Of a stretch of 35,227 nucleotides of DNA, positions 1-9,825 are shown in pieces. The stretch lies in sequence record DRR723986_16076; one strand, given 5' to 3'. The first letter of the stretch is position 1, and each line of letters opens with the position of its first letter. Both the position numbers and the translations under genes were made by a program. The notes under the pieces are model-generated. The model searched no databases. It saw only the letters and a program-made list of their open reading frames with translations, and had not been told where the DNA came from.

Positions 1-35
1 AAAGGGAGATGCTCTACCAACTGAGCTACCAGATC
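1..35 (-). tRNA. tRNA 5' half, truncated by window edge; most likely tRNA-Lys(UUU)
   Basis: Reverse complement reads GATCTGG-TA-GCTC-AGTTGGTA-GAGC-A-TCTCC-CT-TT: acceptor strand, complete D-arm, 5' anticodon stem. Anticodon begins TT; third base is outside the window, so Lys is inferred. Confidence 0.9.
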
Positions 36-93
36 TACCTTGTTTAACGTGCTTAACACGGCTTCAGAAAGATATTTCCCTCCTTTGCGGGTG

Positions 94-124
94 CAAATAT
101 ATATGGTTTATTTTAATCTACAAA
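94..124 (-). promoter_or_regulatory. Bacteroidota sigma-A promoter of the tRNA
   Basis: Minus strand TTTG (124-121), 19-nt spacer, TATATTTG (101-94) matches the -33/-7 TTTG-N19-TAnnTTTG consensus. Confidence 0.75.
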
Positions 125-173
125 CAATTCAAATAAAAATTATGCGAATAATCTATATCCGCTTAATTCTCAA

Positions 174-181
174 TAAATTTG
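174..181 (+). promoter_or_regulatory. -7 box (TAnnTTTG) of aroK
   Basis: TAAATTTG ends 3 nt before ATG 185. Confidence 0.5.
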
Positions 182-184
182 ACC

Positions 185-709
185 ATGAATATTTTTGTAA
201 TTGGATTCATGGGATCGGGAAAATCATCCCTCGGAAAGCGTCTTGCTTCTCATATGGACCGACCATTTATTGACTCTGATAAAGCCATTGTCAATGAATT
301 GGGCATGTCCATCCAAGAAATATTCGAGCAAAAAGGAGAAGATTATTTTAGAACGTACGAAACTGAATGGCTTAAACGAGTCCAAGATAAAGACGCCGTG
401 ATTGCACTTGGCGGCGGAACTCCTTGCTCAGATGAAAACATAGAAATTATCAAATCAAAAGGGCTTGTGGTTTATTTAATTGTGAGCACACCGGCTTTGG
501 CAACCCGTCTTGCTGTGTCCAAATCTATCCGTCCGCTAATTGAAGACTTTAGAGATGATCCCGAAAAATTAAAGGAGTTCATCAATCTTAAAGTTACCGA
601 GAGAGAAGTGTATTATAATCAAGCCAGTATTAAATTTGATGGAGAAAGTGTAGATTCTGAAAAGCTGAAACGCCTTGCTGAATTGATTTCAATGTCTGCT
701 CAGCTCTAA
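185..709 (+). CDS. aroK: Shikimate kinase
   Basis: GFMGSGKS P-loop, DSD, GEDYFR and LGGGTP motifs, RPL lid. ATG 185 preferred over TTG 179. Confidence 0.93.
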   Translation: MNIFVIGFMGSGKSSLGKRLASHMDRPFIDSDKAIVNELGMSIQEIFEQKGEDYFRTYETEWLKRVQDKDAVIALGGGTPCSDENIEIIKSKGLVVYLIVSTPALATRLAVSKSIRPLIEDFRDDPEKLKEFINLKVTEREVYYNQASIKFDGESVDSEKLKRLAELISMSAQL

Positions 710-1423
710 TTATTTTTCTTCACAGTTACAATCTGCTCCCTGCCTGTTAATTCGAGCAATTCTTGTTCGGTTATCTCCAATGATATACTGAATGAAATAC
801 ACCTTGTTCTTGATTTTACCTTTCATCCAATAATACGGATTCGGTTGTAAACGCGGTTCAGAATTCTTCATATCCGTTTCAGCTGAATAATGGAAGTTTC
901 TGACTTGAGCCTCAGTCAATTTATACTTCTTCATATCCGCTTCGGCTTGTTCCAAAATTCGAATTTCTTTAGATTCGATAATTGCGATTACTTCATTATC
1001 TGGCAATGAAACCACGCTCAGTTGCTTATTACTCAAATGGGTTTCACAAGTTGGTTCACCAAATTCAAAAGCAATAACTTCGGCAGTAGAATCGTATAAG
1101 GCATAGGTGATGGTGATGTCCTTCTTATCTTTATATCCTTGAAAAAGATATTTTTTAGGATGACCATCTGTTTTACTTCTGGTAAAATCCACGTCTCCAT
1201 CTTCATTCAGTAAACGGTAAACATCATTGTTGTCAACACCTTGACAATCCATCATATAACGCACACTATCACCAACCAGAATTTCTTTTTCAGCAATCAT
1301 GTTTTTTACTCGATTTTCAGGTAGCCAAGAACATGCTCTATTCCCGAAAATAAAAAACATAAAAACCAGTCCTAGCCCGAATCCTATGAGGTAATATTTT
1401 AATCTGTTTTTGAATTTATGCAC
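710..1423 (-). CDS. Membrane-anchored DUF4258-like protein with two tandem domains
   Basis: N-terminal TM (YYLIGFGLGLVFMFFIFG) then CSWLPENRV, typical of flavobacterial DUF4258-like proteins. GTG 1423 chosen because a TAGTTTTG box lies at 1449-1442, inside the longer ORF. Confidence 0.6.
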   Translation of the reverse strand: MHKFKNRLKYYLIGFGLGLVFMFFIFGNRACSWLPENRVKNMIAEKEILVGDSVRYMMDCQGVDNNDVYRLLNEDGDVDFTRSKTDGHPKKYLFQGYKDKKDITITYALYDSTAEVIAFEFGEPTCETHLSNKQLSVVSLPDNEVIAIIESKEIRILEQAEADMKKYKLTEAQVRNFHYSAETDMKNSEPRLQPNPYYWMKGKIKNKVYFIQYIIGDNRTRIARINRQGADCNCEEK

Positions 1424-1441
1424 CGAAGCAGAATTTTCGTG

Positions 1442-1481
1442 CAAAACTAAGGATTTTGTTAAACTCAAAACATTAAATTTG
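1442..1481. promoter_or_regulatory. Divergent sigma-A -7 boxes (DUF4258-like gene / hisS operon)
   Basis: TAGTTTTG on minus strand at 1449-1442 and TAAATTTG on plus strand at 1474-1481. Confidence 0.55.
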
Positions 1482-1499
1482 TTCAACATTTAAATCCTC

Positions 1500-2873
1500 A
1501 TGAGTAGTAAACCATCAATCGTAAAAGGAACAAGAGATTTTTTGCCTGCAACCATGGCGAAACGGAATTATATTTTTGATACCATAAAAACTGTTTTTCA
1601 GAAATACGGCTTTTTGCCTATCGAGACGCCGTCAATGGAGAAAACAGAAACCTTGATGGGTAAATATGGGGAAGAGGGAGATCGACTCATTTTTCGAATT
1701 TTGAATAATGGAGATCAGGTGAAGAAAGCAGATATGGAGGCCTTACAAAATGATCAATTAGGGCGTTTTGCAAACTCAATTTCAGACAAAGCATTACGTT
1801 ATGATTTGACTGTACCCTTTGCACGATTCGTAGTGCAGAATCAAAATGAACTTTCTTTTCCATTTAAACGATACCAAATTCAACCAGTTTGGAGGGCAGA
1901 TAGACCCCAAAAAGGCCGTTATCGTGAGTTTTACCAATGTGATGCTGATGTGGTAGGATCTGATTCATTGATCTATGAGGTTGAGTTAGTACATATTTTT
2001 GATGAAGTACTTTCAAATTTAGGATTGACAGATTTTTCGATTAAAATCAACAATAGAAAAATTCTTTCTGGAATTGCAGAGGTTTGTGGTGAAGCTGAAA
2101 AAATTGTTCCAATTACAGTAGCCATTGATAAGCTAGATAAAATTGGAAAAGAAGGGGTGGTTAAAGAACTGCGTGAAAGAGAAATCAGTGAAACTGCGAT
2201 TGAAAAAATAGACCCTTTATTTTCTTTAGGAGGAAGCAATCAAGAAAAATTAGATCAATTGAAATCGTTTTTAGCTGATTCTGAAATAGGACTTAAAGGA
2301 ATTGAAGAATTAGAATATGTGATTTCAGAGGCAGAGTCTTTAGGAATTCGCAAAGCGAAAGTTGAATTTGAAGTGACCTTGGCCAGAGGATTAAATTATT
2401 ACACTGGTGCAATTTTCGAAGTGGCAGCAAATAATGTTAAGATTGGGAGTATTTGCGGCGGTGGAAGATATGATGACCTTACTGCTTTATTCGGATTAAA
2501 AGGAATGTCTGGTGTAGGAATATCGTTCGGTGCTGACCGTATTTATGATGTTTTGGAAGAGTTGGACTTATTTCCAGATTCAGCCTTAACGTCTACGAAA
2601 GTATTGTTCATCAATTTTGGCGAAGAAGAACAGAAAAGGTCAATGATTTTGGCTAAGAAATTGAGAGATAAAAACATTTCAACAGAAGTTTATCCGTCAG
2701 CAGCCAAATTGAAAAAGCAAATGAAATATGCCAATGACAGAGGGATTCCTTATGTCGTGATGATTGGTTCTGATGAATTGGCTTCAGGAAAATTAGCATT
2801 AAAAAATATGGATTCAGGTGAGCAACGAACAGTTGAGGTAGCTGAATTAATAGCATTAATAGAAAAAGCATGA
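1500..2873 (+). CDS. hisS: Histidine--tRNA ligase
   Basis: [52 protein letters not shown] motifs and C-terminal anticodon-binding domain. Confidence 0.98.
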   Translation: MSSKPSIVKGTRDFLPATMAKRNYIFDTIKTVFQKYGFLPIETPSMEKTETLMGKYGEEGDRLIFRILNNGDQVKKADMEALQNDQLGRFANSISDKALRYDLTVPFARFVVQNQNELSFPFKRYQIQPVWRADRPQKGRYREFYQCDADVVGSDSLIYEVELVHIFDEVLSNLGLTDFSIKINNRKILSGIAEVCGEAEKIVPITVAIDKLDKIGKEGVVKELREREISETAIEKIDPLFSLGGSNQEKLDQLKSFLADSEIGLKGIEELEYVISEAESLGIRKAKVEFEVTLARGLNYYTGAIFEVAANNVKIGSICGGGRYDDLTALFGLKGMSGVGISFGADRIYDVLEELDLFPDSALTSTKVLFINFGEEEQKRSMILAKKLRDKNISTEVYPSAAKLKKQMKYANDRGIPYVVMIGSDELASGKLALKNMDSGEQRTVEVAELIALIEKA

Positions 2874-4351
2874 GTGAACATTTGATAAGCTCTAAACATC
2901 TTACTATTGCTCAAATAAAGCAGATTGTAGATTCAAAATGTGAGGTGAAGTTAAGTGAAGAGTCGCGAAAAAAGATTGCAGACTGTCGCGCTTATTTAGA
3001 TAATAAATTGGCCTCTGGGCAAGAGGTTTTCTACGGGATTAACACCGGCTTTGGTTCCTTATGTAATACGGTTATCTCGAACGAAGATTTAAGTAAACTT
3101 CAAAGCAATTTGGTAAAATCGCATGCTTGTGGAGTAGGAGAAGAAGTTCCAGCTGAAATTGTAAAATTGATGCTGCTCCTCAAAGTTCAAGGCCTTTCAT
3201 ACGGGCATTCAGGTTGTCAATTGGCTACCGCTGAACGTTTATTGTATTTCTATAATAACGAATTAATTCCAGTAGTTTATCAGCAAGGATCTCTAGGCGC
3301 TTCGGGTGATTTAGCACCATTGGCTCATATGTCTTTGGCTTTAATTGGTGAAGGAGAAGTGAACTTTAAAGGAGAACGCATGATGGCGAAAGAGGCACTT
3401 CAAAAGTGTGGACTTGAACCATTAACACTTCAATCTAAAGAAGGCCTTGCATTATTGAACGGTACGCAATTCATGAGTGCATATGCGGTATGGTCGCTCA
3501 TTAAATCACATCAGCTAGTTGCAGCGGCAGATAAAATTGCTGCGGTATCGCTTGAAGGTTTTGATTGTCGTATCAGTCCTTTTTCAGCAAATGTGAACGA
3601 AATAAGAAATCAAGTCGGACAGATTAATACAGCTAAAGTCTTCAGAGAATTATTAGAGGGATCTGAAATTATAGCTCAAAAAAAGGTACATGTTCAAGAT
3701 CCGTATTCATTCAGATGCATCCCCCAAGTGCACGGTGCAAGTAAAGATGTGGTGGATCACGTAACCGCAGTTGTTGAAAGAGAAATCAATGCTGTGACCG
3801 ATAATCCAACCATATTTCCAGAAACAGATGAAATCATATCCGCAGGAAACTTTCATGGTCAACCCTTGGCAATTTCTCTGGATATGTTAGCCATTGCCCT
3901 TGCAGAATTAGGGAATATCTCTGAAAGAAGAACTTACCAATTGATTGGTGGTAACAGAAATTTGCCTGCTTTCTTAGTGGCGAATCCTGGTATTAATTCT
4001 GGATTTATGATTCCTCAGTATGCTGCAGCTTCTGTTGTTAGTCAAAATAAACAATTGTGCTCTCCAGCTTCGGTAGATTCAATCGAATCATCAAACGGAC
4101 AAGAAGATCACGTAAGTATGGGAGCCAATGCCGCTACCAAATGTTACCGCGTTGTTGAGAATCTCGAAAAGATTTTAGGAATCGAATTGTTCAATGGTGC
4201 ACAAGCTCTAGAATTTAGACGACCTTTAAAATCTTCAACAATTTTAGAGCAATTAGTGGCTGATTATAGAAAAACTGTACCTTTTGTACAAGAAGACAAG
4301 CTCATGCAGCCTGAAATAAATAAGTCCATATCATTCATTAAAACCATTTAA
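2870..4351 (+). CDS. hutH: Histidine ammonia-lyase
   Basis: [11 protein letters not shown]-forming [48 protein letters not shown] overlap with hisS stop. Confidence 0.96.
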   Translation: MSEHLISSKHLTIAQIKQIVDSKCEVKLSEESRKKIADCRAYLDNKLASGQEVFYGINTGFGSLCNTVISNEDLSKLQSNLVKSHACGVGEEVPAEIVKLMLLLKVQGLSYGHSGCQLATAERLLYFYNNELIPVVYQQGSLGASGDLAPLAHMSLALIGEGEVNFKGERMMAKEALQKCGLEPLTLQSKEGLALLNGTQFMSAYAVWSLIKSHQLVAAADKIAAVSLEGFDCRISPFSANVNEIRNQVGQINTAKVFRELLEGSEIIAQKKVHVQDPYSFRCIPQVHGASKDVVDHVTAVVEREINAVTDNPTIFPETDEIISAGNFHGQPLAISLDMLAIALAELGNISERRTYQLIGGNRNLPAFLVANPGINSGFMIPQYAAASVVSQNKQLCSPASVDSIESSNGQEDHVSMGANAATKCYRVVENLEKILGIELFNGAQALEFRRPLKSSTILEQLVADYRKTVPFVQEDKLMQPEINKSISFIKTI

Positions 4352-4352
4352 C

Positions 4353-4850
4353 ATGTCAGAAGTTTTAGATTCAAAAGAAGAGTTGAAAGAAAGAAGAGGC
4401 AGAATGCTACAAGTGCTGTGTATCCTTTCTTGGATATATGTAGGAATTGTTTTCGTTTTCAATTTGCTTGCTTTTACAAATGGCCAGGCTTCTCCCGAAG
4501 AAATGGAGAATCGCCAAATCAGTTTAATTGATTTCTATGACGGAATGGGGATTGACAAAGAAACCATTAAAGAATTAATGGTGATTGATGAACGTACAAA
4601 TGACAATTTTTACTTGAATTACAGTTCTAAATTGGTGTTTTGTTTGATTGGATTCTTCGCCGTTTTGCAGATGTGGAAATTGCAAAAAACAGGTTTCTGG
4701 GTGTACATTGCGTATTCCATCATCCCAATTGGCATCATGTATTACATAATGGGTGATCTGCCAAGCACCATGCAGAGTGTAGTATGGGAATTGGTTTGGG
4801 CGGCCCTGTTCATAGGACTGTATGCTTCTCAAGTAAAGCGAATGGAGTAA
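4353..4850 (+). CDS. Hypothetical membrane protein (about 4 TM helices)
   Basis: Four hydrophobic segments; starts 1 nt after the hutH stop. Confidence 0.75.
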   Translation: MSEVLDSKEELKERRGRMLQVLCILSWIYVGIVFVFNLLAFTNGQASPEEMENRQISLIDFYDGMGIDKETIKELMVIDERTNDNFYLNYSSKLVFCLIGFFAVLQMWKLQKTGFWVYIAYSIIPIGIMYYIMGDLPSTMQSVVWELVWAALFIGLYASQVKRME

Positions 4851-4851
4851 A

Positions 4852-4877
4852 CTAACCTTCAAGGTTTATTTGCGTTA
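4852..4877 (+). promoter_or_regulatory. Candidate ECF sigma promoter (CTAAC-N16-CGTTA)
   Basis: AAC 4854-4856, 16-nt spacer, CGT 4873-4875, upstream of ATG 4888. Confidence 0.45.
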
Positions 4878-4887
4878 TTACTATTGT

Positions 4888-5559
4888 ATGAAGTACATCA
4901 TCTTTTCTTCAATATTCATTATTCTCTTTGCCTCTTGCAAAAAAGACGACAAGAGTATCATTTATGGATACCAGTATTTTCCTTACGAAGAAGGGGCTTT
5001 TGTGGTGTATGATGTCGTGGATATTATTCATGATGATCCCTCAGCTGTTCACGATACTTCGCATTATCAAATTAAAGAACAAATAGGTGAAGAGGACGTT
5101 GATGGAGAAGGGGAGCCTTTTAGATTGATGTATCGATATATTAGAGATAATGATAGTCTGCCTTGGTCATTGAAAGATGCTTGGGTAGTGAAAAAAACGA
5201 ATCGATCGGTTGAGCTTGTTGAAGAAAACGACCGGATGATCAAATTGGCTTTTTCAATTTCATACGATCAGTTTTGGGATTGCAATGCGCTCAATAATGA
5301 AGATGCTGAAGAGTGTTACTATGCTAATATTTACGAGCCTTTATCAATTGGAGGCTTCGACTATGACTCAACTGTAGTTGTTAAGCATCAGGACTTTGAA
5401 ACCTTTATTGAAAAGATTGAAATCTTTGAAGTGTATGCGGCCAACGTTGGTAAAATTCATTCTTATAAAAAAGAAGTTCGTATCAATAATGGTGATACCC
5501 TAGATATTGAAAAAGGAACGGAACTGTATTATACGGCAACTGATTTCGGAATTGAATAA
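4888..5559 (+). CDS. Hypothetical lipoprotein
   Basis: SPII signal MKYIIFSSIFIILFAS-C followed by KKDD, resembling the Bacteroidota lipoprotein export signal. ATG 4888 preferred over TTG 4870. Confidence 0.8.
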   Translation: MKYIIFSSIFIILFASCKKDDKSIIYGYQYFPYEEGAFVVYDVVDIIHDDPSAVHDTSHYQIKEQIGEEDVDGEGEPFRLMYRYIRDNDSLPWSLKDAWVVKKTNRSVELVEENDRMIKLAFSISYDQFWDCNALNNEDAEECYYANIYEPLSIGGFDYDSTVVVKHQDFETFIEKIEIFEVYAANVGKIHSYKKEVRINNGDTLDIEKGTELYYTATDFGIE

Positions 5560-5630
5560 ATGAATGACCAGAGCGCTTTATTGTCTTGGAAAATTCAATT
5601 TATATTCGGATAAACAAACTTAAAATTGTC

Positions 5631-6236
5631 ATGAAGAAAATTATATTGTTAAGCTCGTTAATTGGTTTGTTTTTTCTGTCTTGCAAAAAGAAAAACCCTG
5701 AAGAATTAACTACACAAGATTTAATCAATCAGGGAAAAAATATCATTGATCTTTTAGAATTGCGTCCGGCAGATTCATTGATCGGGAAGGATTATAAAGG
5801 CGGGATACTGTTCTATGTTGATACCACTTCAAAATCAGGTTTGGTAGTATCAAAAGAAGATATTTCTGAAAATGCTTGGTGGGGTTGTAATGGTCAGTAT
5901 ATCAGTGGTGTACAAGGTACTGAGTTTGGTGTAGGAGATTCCAATACCTATAAGATTTCAACGCAATGCACAGATGCCACTTCTGCTGCAGCCTTGTGCT
6001 ATTATTCGAGCTTGGAAAATTATCAAGATTGGTACTTGCCAAGTGAGGATGAAATGACCATGGTTTATTCAGTTCTAAAACCTAAAAATGTCGGTTCATT
6101 TGCTGATACTTATTATTGGACTTCAACTCAAGAAAACGAACATTATGCACGTTATTTATTGTTTTTAGATGGTTCAACTGGATTTGCTACAAAGTCAGAC
6201 CCTTTCAGGGTTAGAGCGATTCGAAACGTGGAGTAA
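5631..6236 (+). CDS. DUF1566 (Lcl C-terminal-like) lipoprotein
   Basis: Signal MKKIILLSSLIGLFFLS-C; GGILFYVD, DWYLPSEDEM, YWTSTQ and VRAIR motifs. TATATTCG box at 5601-5608 supports ATG 5631. Confidence 0.8.
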   Translation: MKKIILLSSLIGLFFLSCKKKNPEELTTQDLINQGKNIIDLLELRPADSLIGKDYKGGILFYVDTTSKSGLVVSKEDISENAWWGCNGQYISGVQGTEFGVGDSNTYKISTQCTDATSAAALCYYSSLENYQDWYLPSEDEMTMVYSVLKPKNVGSFADTYYWTSTQENEHYARYLLFLDGSTGFATKSDPFRVRAIRNVE

Positions 6237-6300
6237 TTTTTTAGAATGATCTAAATATTCTGAATCCCTTAATTTTCCTGAATTTTTACTTGAAAAATAA

Positions 6301-6328
6301 GCAACTTAATACTACGTATTAACGTATT
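6301..6328 (+). promoter_or_regulatory. Candidate ECF sigma promoter (GCAAC-N17-CGTATT) with palindromic spacer
   Basis: GCAAC 6301-6305, spacer TTAATAC-TAC-GTATTAA 6306-6322, CGT 6323-6325, upstream of GTG 6364. Confidence 0.5.
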
Positions 6329-6363
6329 CAAATAAAAACGCTGAAGTTGCGTTTAGTAAAAGA

Positions 6364-9300
6364 GTGCGCATAATTTACCTTTTCATATTGTTTTTATCGC
6401 TTACATTTTCTAATGTGGGTAGGGCTTCTCATATCATGGGAGGTGAAATAACATGGATGTGTTTAGGTTCTGGTCAATACCAGTTTGACCTCGTTTTATA
6501 TCGTGATTGCAACGGACTAGACATTGTTGATCCATTTTTGAATATTGAAGTTTGGGGGCATCCAACTGTTTCAAGCATTCAATGTGATTTATTTGCTACA
6601 ACTGATTTGTCACCAGATTGCTCAGAAATTCCAACATTCCCTATTGAATTGGAATGTGGTACGGGGTCTCAAAGCGGAAATGGAGCAGGGGCCGTTCAAA
6701 AATATTTGTACAGATCCAATCCAGTTGTATTAAGCGGAACACCACCCGCTGGAGGCTGGGCTTTCACGTATGATTCGTTTTCAAGAAATTGGGGGTTATC
6801 CAACATTTCAAATCCACCTTCATATGGAATTACTTTATCTGCGATCATGTATCAAGTGCCAGGTGCTACAGCTAATCCATGTACCGACTCATCACCGCAG
6901 TTTGCACAAGATCCATACATGTTGCTTTGTGCGGGAACAGATTTTCAATACAATTCAAATGCTTACGATCCTGATAACGATTCATTGGCTTATAGTTGGG
7001 GTGTTCCTTTAGATCATTTTCCAGCTGGGACATTTGATCCTCCAACCAATCCAGCTCCTGTTCCTTTTGTTGCGGGATTCTCACTTTCAAACCCAACTCC
7101 AGATCAATCTTTCGATCCAGGAAATATTCCTGCGAACATGGATCCAACTTCTGGTGATATTACTTTTTTATCAAATACGACTGGGAATTTTGGATTGGTA
7201 CAGAAAATCGATTCTTACCGCAACGGCGTATTGGTATCTACCATCAATAGAGAAATTCAAATGATCGTAATCCCTTGTCCCGGATATGTGAACACAGCTC
7301 CTGATATTACACCGCCATTTAATGGAAACACCCAATTTGATGCAGAGTTTTTTGCTGGTGATTTAATCAACTTTGATATTATAATTTCAGATGTTGAAGT
7401 CTTGCAAGACGGAAGCCCTCAAACTGTTACACTTCATCCTTCAGGGAATTATTTTGGAACCAACTTTACCAACGCAGGCGCAGGATGTGATTATACGCCA
7501 TGTGCAACTCTAGATCAACCGCCATTGATTCAAGGTGTACAAGGATTAACTACAACTTTCAATTGGCAAACCTCCTGTGATCATTTGTTAGATGCTGATG
7601 GTGTGCAACAATCTGAGCAGATTTACACCTTTGTGTTGAATGCCCAAGATGACTACTGTTCCGTGCCGGGAAGGACTTTTGAAACCATTCGAATAAAATT
7701 GAAGAATCAACCTGTTGTTCAACCAGTAGATTTGCACTGCGTTGATGTTTTACCAAATGGTGATGTTGATTTGACTTGGACACAAACTACTGACCCAGGT
7801 GCTTCTTTTGTTGAATATCAAGTTTGGTCAGTGCAAGACGGGTTTATAGCTGCTGTACCAGGAATTACGACAGAAAATTATACCGTAGTTGGAGCAGGTG
7901 CAAATGTAGTATCAAAAGATTATTTTATTCGTACTCGACACGGTTGTGGTGGAAACAATTTGACCCCATCAGATACACTTTCAAGTATTTTATTGGATTT
8001 AAATGATTTGGGTGATGGTAGAGTACATTTAACGTGGAACAGCACACATGTACCGAAAAATGGAGGTGATAATACCATTGAAGAAGTTTGGAGAGAATAT
8101 CCAGTTGGAACATGGACATTAAGAGGAACTGCGAATTATGGGGTGAATGAATTTTTGGATACGATAGATGTTTGCAATGACCTGTTAACCTATGAGATTC
8201 GAATTCCCAATGCAGCAGGTTGTAGTTCAACCTCAAATGACGAAGGAGCTGTGCTTTCAGACATCATTAACCCTTATATTCCACTGTTAAACTGGGTGAC
8301 TATCGATACTACTGATGACTACGTGGACTTAAGTTGGAATCTAAATCCTGCCCCAGATACTTATGGATATGTTGTTTACGGGTTAATCGGTGGATTCTGG
8401 ATTCCAATTGACACAGTTTGGGGGATCGGAAATACGAGTTATACATATACCGCAACGAATTCAGCAAATGTTCCAGAATCATTCAGGATAACGGCCTTTG
8501 ATTCTTGTTTAACGAATGCTGTTCCACCTACTTATCAAACTTCAGCCTTGAGTAATCCGCATACAACCATTCATGTCGATAACGAGCTAGAAATTTGCGA
8601 AAAAAACGTAACGCTTGAATGGACACCATATGAGGGATGGACAGAAGGTGTTAACCGATACGAAATTATCGCAAGTGTCGGTGGATCTGCTTTTGACGTC
8701 ATAGCATCCGTTGATCCTAATATTTTTACTTATACGCATGAGAGCTTAATTTATGATCTAAATTATTGCTACTATATCAGGGCGGTATCTAATAACGATT
8801 CCATTTCCTATTCTAATCGCAATTGTAGGTTTATACAACGTCCTAGCCAGCCTAATTTCCATTATTTGGCAACGGCCAGTCATAACCTAGCAAATGAAAT
8901 AGAGGTGGTGTTGTTTACAGATGCGGCTGCAGCAGTGAATTCATATGAAGTTGAGGTAAAAGGTCCACTAGATTCTGATTTTTCAATTGCAGGATTTTTA
9001 GATCCGTCAACTTCAAATTTCATTACTTATTATGACGGTGAAGTATTTCCTGAGCGTGGGGCATATGAGTACAAGGTCAACTTGATTGATTCATGCGGTA
9101 ATGTGGGAGATATTTCAAACATTGCAAGAACGGTTTATTTAAAAGTAGATATCGACCATATCAACATGGTAAATGTCTTAAGTTGGTCAGCTTATCAAGG
9201 ATTTGATGGTAACATTGTGCAATACAATATTTATCGTGGCGAAGATGGTATATTTCCGGCAACCCCAATCGCTACTACATTGCCTGGGGTTAGATCTTTA

Positions 9301-9717
9301 GAAGATGATGTGTCTGCTTACTTCAGTTCTTCAGAAGGACAATTTTGTTATCGAGTAGAGGCGGTAGAAAGCGTCAATTCTCATGGATTTTCAGAAACGG
9401 CGTTTTCAAATACGGTCTGTGCAACTCTTGAACCTGTTGTATACATTCCGAACGCATTTTTTATCAATGGTGAAAATCCAATTTTTAAACCTATCTTGAA
9501 TCTCTATGAGTTTGATTCATATGAGCTCAATATTTTTGATCGTTGGGGAGGAATCATCTTCACAACAGATGATAGAGATGAAGGTTGGAATGGTACTGGT
9601 AAATTCGGAGATCTAAAATCTGAAGGAACCTATATTTACTTTGTAAGTTTCGAGGACAGAGACGGTAAAGAGTATGAGTATCGCGGTACAGTAACCATGC
9701 TGATAGATAAAGATTAA
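6364..9717 (+). CDS. Large T9SS cargo protein with Fn3/Ig-like repeats and type-B (gliding-motility-associated) CTD
   Basis: Signal peptide, ASHIMGGEITW..YRDC N-terminal motif, repeated LTW/LSW..Y Fn3-like modules, C-terminus VYIPNAF..IFDRWGGIIF..GWNG..GTYIY..GTVTML. Confidence 0.85.
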   Translation: MRIIYLFILFLSLTFSNVGRASHIMGGEITWMCLGSGQYQFDLVLYRDCNGLDIVDPFLNIEVWGHPTVSSIQCDLFATTDLSPDCSEIPTFPIELECGTGSQSGNGAGAVQKYLYRSNPVVLSGTPPAGGWAFTYDSFSRNWGLSNISNPPSYGITLSAIMYQVPGATANPCTDSSPQFAQDPYMLLCAGTDFQYNSNAYDPDNDSLAYSWGVPLDHFPAGTFDPPTNPAPVPFVAGFSLSNPTPDQSFDPGNIPANMDPTSGDITFLSNTTGNFGLVQKIDSYRNGVLVSTINREIQMIVIPCPGYVNTAPDITPPFNGNTQFDAEFFAGDLINFDIIISDVEVLQDGSPQTVTLHPSGNYFGTNFTNAGAGCDYTPCATLDQPPLIQGVQGLTTTFNWQTSCDHLLDADGVQQSEQIYTFVLNAQDDYCSVPGRTFETIRIKLKNQPVVQPVDLHCVDVLPNGDVDLTWTQTTDPGASFVEYQVWSVQDGFIAAVPGITTENYTVVGAGANVVSKDYFIRTRHGCGGNNLTPSDTLSSILLDLNDLGDGRVHLTWNSTHVPKNGGDNTIEEVWREYPVGTWTLRGTANYGVNEFLDTIDVCNDLLTYEIRIPNAAGCSSTSNDEGAVLSDIINPYIPLLNWVTIDTTDDYVDLSWNLNPAPDTYGYVVYGLIGGFWIPIDTVWGIGNTSYTYTATNSANVPESFRITAFDSCLTNAVPPTYQTSALSNPHTTIHVDNELEICEKNVTLEWTPYEGWTEGVNRYEIIASVGGSAFDVIASVDPNIFTYTHESLIYDLNYCYYIRAVSNNDSISYSNRNCRFIQRPSQPNFHYLATASHNLANEIEVVLFTDAAAAVNSYEVEVKGPLDSDFSIAGFLDPSTSNFITYYDGEVFPERGAYEYKVNLIDSCGNVGDISNIARTVYLKVDIDHINMVNVLSWSAYQGFDGNIVQYNIYRGEDGIFPATPIATTLPGVRSLEDDVSAYFSSSEGQFCYRVEAVESVNSHGFSETAFSNTVCATLEPVVYIPNAFFINGENPIFKPILNLYEFDSYELNIFDRWGGIIFTTDDRDEGWNGTGKFGDLKSEGTYIYFVSFEDRDGKEYEYRGTVTMLIDKD

Positions 9718-9825
9718 CGTGTCAAAAATCCAAATTATCGTTTGGAAGTGATCTTCGACCTTTAGGAAAATCTGAAGAAAAGAAGCCAGGCTTGTCATGT
9801 AATATTGCTCTAAAAAAGCAAATAC

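Noticed and set aside
40-401. ORFs 40..273 and 201..401
   Set aside because: They overlap the tRNA promoter and aroK in other frames and have no recognisable motifs.
1424-1489. N-terminal extension of the 259-aa ORF
   Set aside because: Spans the divergent promoter boxes; family-like sequence begins at GTG 1423.
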